DNA of 64,000 bases, taken from the NCBI GenBank assembly GCA_050246315.1, contig JBFWWG010000006.1:128001-192000 (forward strand), in the 5' to 3' direction. Source of the DNA: Nitrospiraceae bacterium. Lineage in GTDB: Bacteria; Nitrospirota; Nitrospiria; Nitrospirales; Nitrospiraceae. Both the position numbers and the translations under genes were made by a program. The notes beneath the pieces are model-generated. The model ran no database searches. It worked only from the letters and a program-made list of their open reading frames with translations, and was not told the origin of the DNA. Of the stretch, positions 60,400-64,000 are shown in pieces (positions within the stretch are counted from its first letter, which is position 1; every line of letters begins with the position of its first letter).

Positions 60400-60672
60400 C
60401 TACCGGCACATAATCGTCATTTTCTGAGACGGCCAATCTTCCAAGCCGCCTCGTTTCGACACGGTCTCGGCTCCCGACGCCAGGCGAATCGACTCGTATC
60501 CGGCCAAGCATAGGTCGTTGGCACGTTGTCGGCAATCGTCCATCGTGTGGAACCATCCGTTACAGCTCACCGATGCGATCAACTTTCCATTCGGTCCCAT
60601 GAACTCCGTGCGTGGCGCTGCGATGCAGGACACGCTCGCGAGCCCAGCCAGAAGCAGTATGAACGATCGCAT
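60400..60672 (-). CDS. Small Cys-containing lipoprotein
   Basis: Signal ending SVSC; GPNG..SC..DC..A..LC..GY pattern. Confidence 0.7.
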   Translation of the reverse strand: MRSFILLLAGLASVSCIAAPRTEFMGPNGKLIASVSCNGWFHTMDDCRQRANDLCLAGYESIRLASGAETVSKRGGLEDWPSQKMTIMCR

Positions 60673-60862
60673 ACGACACCTCTTTCTCTCCGGCGCATAG
60701 GGATGGTCCGATGGCTCTCCCTCAGGAACAACTACGCTTGGTTCCATCCTTTCGCGTCCTTTTCTTTCCCTTCCAGCTTAGTCTGGCGAAAAAAGTGGTC
60801 ACAGAGCGCCCGCCACCGTGAAGGTGTTCGTCGCGTTCCTTGTTGTCCGTCGTCATCGGTGC

Positions 60863-61552
60863 TCAGTCTTCCACGCCCACACCGATCACGATGAGAACCG
60901 CATAGTCCTGCTTCGTGCAGCCCTCGACCGGAGGCATCGATCCCCCTGGCGCAACTGGAAACGCAGTCTGCTGCACGTTTGCCGGCGAGCACGAACCACC
61001 ACCCGCTGCCGGTGTATAGCGCGCGGAGCGACAGGCCAGGTGCGTCACATCATAGAGCGTCGCCCCTTTATCGAGATCCCAACGCCTGTCGCCGTTCTTG
61101 TCGGCGGGATGAATGGTCAGCACAGCCGTCACGTCGCGGGCGCCCGTGACCAGGTATTTGCCGGGAGGGAGCGGAAAGGTCGGCTGCTCCATAATCAAGC
61201 CGTGTTCCTCCAGCCACCAGTCCGTGCCGTCGAATTGCCACCGCGCCGGGGCGACGCCACCTGCATCCCTTAACCGTTTATAGCTGTTCAGCTCGACGCC
61301 CCGAGGACCCGGGTCCAGAGGCCACAGACCCCACGCCTGGGCGCCGCTCCCGGAAGTCGCACCTGGATTGCCCAACGCCGCGATGAACTGTGTCGAGATG
61401 CGCTGGAACTTCGTCTGCCCTCCGCCTGCGGCATGGGCTTGGCTTCGACTCTGATTGAATGAGGGGAGCACGAACGAACCGAGCAGAAAGAGCGCCAGGA
61501 TGAGCAGGAAAAACGTACACCGGGTAGAAGAACTTCCATCCTCTTCTGGCAT
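60863..61552 (-). CDS. Exported hypothetical protein
   Basis: AGGAG RBS; hydrophobic N-terminus; long ORF. Confidence 0.72.
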   Translation of the reverse strand: MPEEDGSSSTRCTFFLLILALFLLGSFVLPSFNQSRSQAHAAGGGQTKFQRISTQFIAALGNPGATSGSGAQAWGLWPLDPGPRGVELNSYKRLRDAGGVAPARWQFDGTDWWLEEHGLIMEQPTFPLPPGKYLVTGARDVTAVLTIHPADKNGDRRWDLDKGATLYDVTHLACRSARYTPAAGGGSCSPANVQQTAFPVAPGGSMPPVEGCTKQDYAVLIVIGVGVED

Positions 61553-61763
61553 CGTTGCTCCTGCGTCCCGTCTCCGATTTACGCGTGGGTTCCATACCAG
61601 GGCATAACACTTCGCAGGAAGGTCGATTTTAGGGTCCACGGTGTCGGATTCGCAACAGCGAGTCTAATCACCGAGCCGCAGAATAACCTTCGCCGCGGCC
61701 GATACACGTTCAGCCCCATCGGACAAGACGTTGGATACAGGGCCGGTTCACCACGAGCCTTGG

Positions 61764-62225
61764 TCATAACCACCGACGAACCGAACGCTTGTACGCCGTA
61801 AAGGCATCCGGAAACTTGGCGCACAAGGCTCGTTCCTCGGGCACGATTTGAAATCGATTCATGTACAACGCGAAGAGGGGAAGGAATGCGAACGCCAGCA
61901 AATTGGACAGATACATCGCCCACCCGGCAAGTACAAAGAGGAAGCCAAGGTACATCGGATTACGGGTGAAGCGGTAAATACCCGAGGTGACCATCGCCGT
62001 GGTCGCTTCCGGTGTCAGCGGATTGACCGTGGTCTTCGCCCGGCGAAACGCCAAGACGCCGGCCAAGGCGACCAGGAACCCCACGGTGAAACACATAAGG
62101 GCGAACGCCGCGCGCCATGGCAGGAAGAGGGTGAACGCAGAAGAGACGGAGGCGAGCCACATCGCAGCGGCGAATAGCACGACGAGCGCAAGCGGGGGGA
62201 CTTTTAATTCCAGCGCATTGAACAT
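61764..62225 (-). CDS. Isoprenylcysteine carboxyl methyltransferase family protein
   Basis: GIYRFTRNPMYLG, PEER, Y..SVRRWL. Confidence 0.9.
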   Translation of the reverse strand: MFNALELKVPPLALVVLFAAAMWLASVSSAFTLFLPWRAAFALMCFTVGFLVALAGVLAFRRAKTTVNPLTPEATTAMVTSGIYRFTRNPMYLGFLFVLAGWAMYLSNLLAFAFLPLFALYMNRFQIVPEERALCAKFPDAFTAYKRSVRRWL

Positions 62226-62379
62226 AGAAGTCACGCGCGGATTGCGTTTCTATTCCGACCTGAGTCCGGAATGGATGAGGACCCGTATGTCCATCATCTC
62301 GTTGTCGCTGGTTCAGTGGTGGTTGGCGACCCTCCAAAATCGGTTTTCCGGCAGCCCGCTGGATCAGGTTCACTCTCCG

Positions 62380-62814
62380 TCAAGAACGGAGTCTGAACCT
62401 CCCGCTCTGTCTGGAACGGGTAAGGGCCATCACCCACAGCCCCAACACGACATCAATGCTCCCACAAAAGGTCGGCCACCAGATCGGGACGCCGGCGTTC
62501 TCGATGAGCATGTCATGCACAAGATCAAAGAGACCGTGTGCCACAATCCCAGCTCCCACGAGCAGGGGAAAGAAGAGAGCTCCCATTATCGCGACGGTTG
62601 CAAACCCGACGGCGTATACCAGTTCCCAGACCAAGGCGTGACTGGAACCGCCCAGAACCGCGAAGAGCACATAATAGGACGCGATGATGACGAGAACGGT
62701 GGAATAGAAGCTGCGTTTTTCATCGAAGCGTGTGAACTTGGCCAGTGCAGCGATCGCAATACCAAGGAGAACGCCAACAACAAGGGGCATCAGGTATCGC
62801 CTGTCGATGTCCAA
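62380..62814 (-). CDS. Membrane protein
   Basis: ~5 TMs; HGLFDLVH, WWPTFC motifs. Confidence 0.72.
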   Translation of the reverse strand: MDIDRRYLMPLVVGVLLGIAIAALAKFTRFDEKRSFYSTVLVIIASYYVLFAVLGGSSHALVWELVYAVGFATVAIMGALFFPLLVGAGIVAHGLFDLVHDMLIENAGVPIWWPTFCGSIDVVLGLWVMALTRSRQSGRFRLRS

Positions 62815-62874
62815 TGAGGAGTCGACTCATGTTACGTTTGTGATACGGACATGTCTATAGTGAGCGACGACTAC

Positions 62875-63075
62875 CAGGCTGTTGAAAAACCCTTCGAGTA
62901 CCCGTGAGAGCCGGCACAGCGAGGGATCACGGATGATTTCAGAACCACGTACAGGATGGTCAAAAAGGCCGTCCAGCGCGGCCGCAGTGAGCGAGGAGGC
63001 GAAGCGTACTCTTTTCCGTACGTTGAGCCTCTGAGCGACGCGAGAACAAAGCTGGCGGACTTTTTCAACATCCTG
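62875..63075. mobile_element. MITE family B, nested copy
   Basis: TIR CAGGCTGTTGAAAAA / CAGGATGTTGAAAAA (14/15); CTAC duplicated on both flanks; second left end at 62952. Confidence 0.82.
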
Positions 63076-63254
63076 CTACGCATCGTGAGGCGCGAGACCG
63101 CTGGGGGAGTACCTCGGCCGCCCCGCGCCGCGAAATTCAGAATGTGCTCCTCTCCGCATGAGAACCCAACGATCGAAGTTCACATCCTTCCCCCGCAACC
63201 AACCACTTCAAGCACTTAAGAACCCTCCTCATCGCTAAAGCTCGGTATTCCGTC

Positions 63255-63295
63255 GTTCAGAAACCGCTTGCGCTATCCAACTGAGCTACCGGCAT
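63255..63295 (-). pseudogene. tRNA(Arg)-like 5' half remnant
   Basis: GCCGGTAGCTCAGTTGGATAGCGCAAGCGGTTTCTGAAC; no T-arm or acceptor 3' strand. Confidence 0.45.
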
Positions 63296-63355
63296 TTGCC
63301 TGTCTTCTGTTGTTTTCGTATGCTGGAGTCACTTGTCCTCAGAAAGGAGGGCTCC

Positions 63356-63901
63356 ATGATAAAGACACTGAGCCTTCTGAGCGCTTGTTTCATCTTTGCA
63401 ATCGCGGCCGGGCGTTCACAAGCCCAAGAGGCACCTGCTGCCTCCACAGCCGCACCAGAAGCTGCCGCGAAAGTGACTCCCGCGGACGGCCATGTCATTC
63501 ACGTCACGGCCCCGCACTTGATCGATGGAAAGGTACGGGGGCCATTCCATCACTATTGCAAGATCGTCTCTCCTGAGCCATTCATTGAATGCCTTCTCTA
63601 CGAGACGGAAGACAACCACGCGAGACTCATCGGTGTGGAGTACATAGTCGCCAAGACTGTGACTCGCGACGAGAAGGTCCTTCCCAAGAAGGCTTGGAAA
63701 AAGGTCTGGCATGATCATTCCGTGGAGGGTGTCATAGGGAACGTCAAGGTACTGGATATGTCTCCCGAAAAGGCCAAGGAATTCGCGGACACGGTGGCCA
63801 AGACCGACGGGCTCATCTTTTCCCTATGGCCCGAGGGCGCCAAATTGCCGACCGGGAAAGTCAGCATCGGCACGATGGTTGGGCATGCCGTACACGAATG
63901 A
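63356..63901 (+). CDS. Exported DUF1264-like protein
   Basis: AGGAGG RBS; signal peptide; HHYC, CLLY, ARLIGVEY, WHDH. Confidence 0.8.
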   Translation: MIKTLSLLSACFIFAIAAGRSQAQEAPAASTAAPEAAAKVTPADGHVIHVTAPHLIDGKVRGPFHHYCKIVSPEPFIECLLYETEDNHARLIGVEYIVAKTVTRDEKVLPKKAWKKVWHDHSVEGVIGNVKVLDMSPEKAKEFADTVAKTDGLIFSLWPEGAKLPTGKVSIGTMVGHAVHE

Positions 63902-64000
63902 CATGGAACCATACGAGCACCTTGGCTCCATCCCTCTCAACGGCACGTATCTTTGATAGAGAAGTCACGCTTCACACGTGCGGTCTCGACAAATATGGGC

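Noticed and set aside
60061..62814. Integron cassette array
   Set aside because: Genes are co-oriented, but I found no convincing RYYYAAC...GTTRRRY attC palindromes or integrase.
63100..63135. yybP-ykoY riboswitch (GGGGAGTA)
   Set aside because: Only the short motif matches; the rest of the four-way junction is not evident.
62871..63219. Small ORFs in repeats (MLKKSASFVLAS..., MVKKAVQRGRSE...; also 52067-52447, 19116-19613)
   Set aside because: Translations of MITE sequence, not independent genes.

Overview
GC-rich bacterial chromosome segment; gene content and repeat families suggest Nitrospira/Nitrospiraceae (inference). The core is housekeeping: aroK/aroE, trmI, nfeD-stomatin, an alternative sigma-70 factor, HtrA-like protease, lipB, gdh, the pheA-hisC-aroF-tyrA-aroA-cmk-plsC-rpsA-sppA-ihfB supraoperon, yebC-ruvA-X-ruvB, a CymR-led sulfate assimilation operon, hup, tRNA-Val, thrS-infC-rpmI-rplT, an archaeal-type pheST, and fmt-rsmB-rpe. 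Accessory regions lie 3' of tRNA-Arg(UCG) (1-4.9 kb) and 3' of tRNA-fMet (59.7-64 kb). Highlights: (1) an initiator tRNA-fMet gene split by a 303-nt ORF-less group I intron, divergent from fmt, with competing folds around its 5' splice site; (2) two copies of a Fur-box-like site plus a shared terminator-containing leader, each upstream of Cys-motif proteins, two of which the ORF track missed (including a Zn-ribbon fused to an AhpC-like domain lacking the peroxidatic motif); (3) MITE families with CTAG/CTAC-type targets, one repeatedly abutting TAG stop codons; (4) a sulfite reductase-HEPN-TusA fusion with DsrE-like, YbiB-like, Mrp and PCP_red partners. All assignments come from reading motifs by eye; no searches were run.
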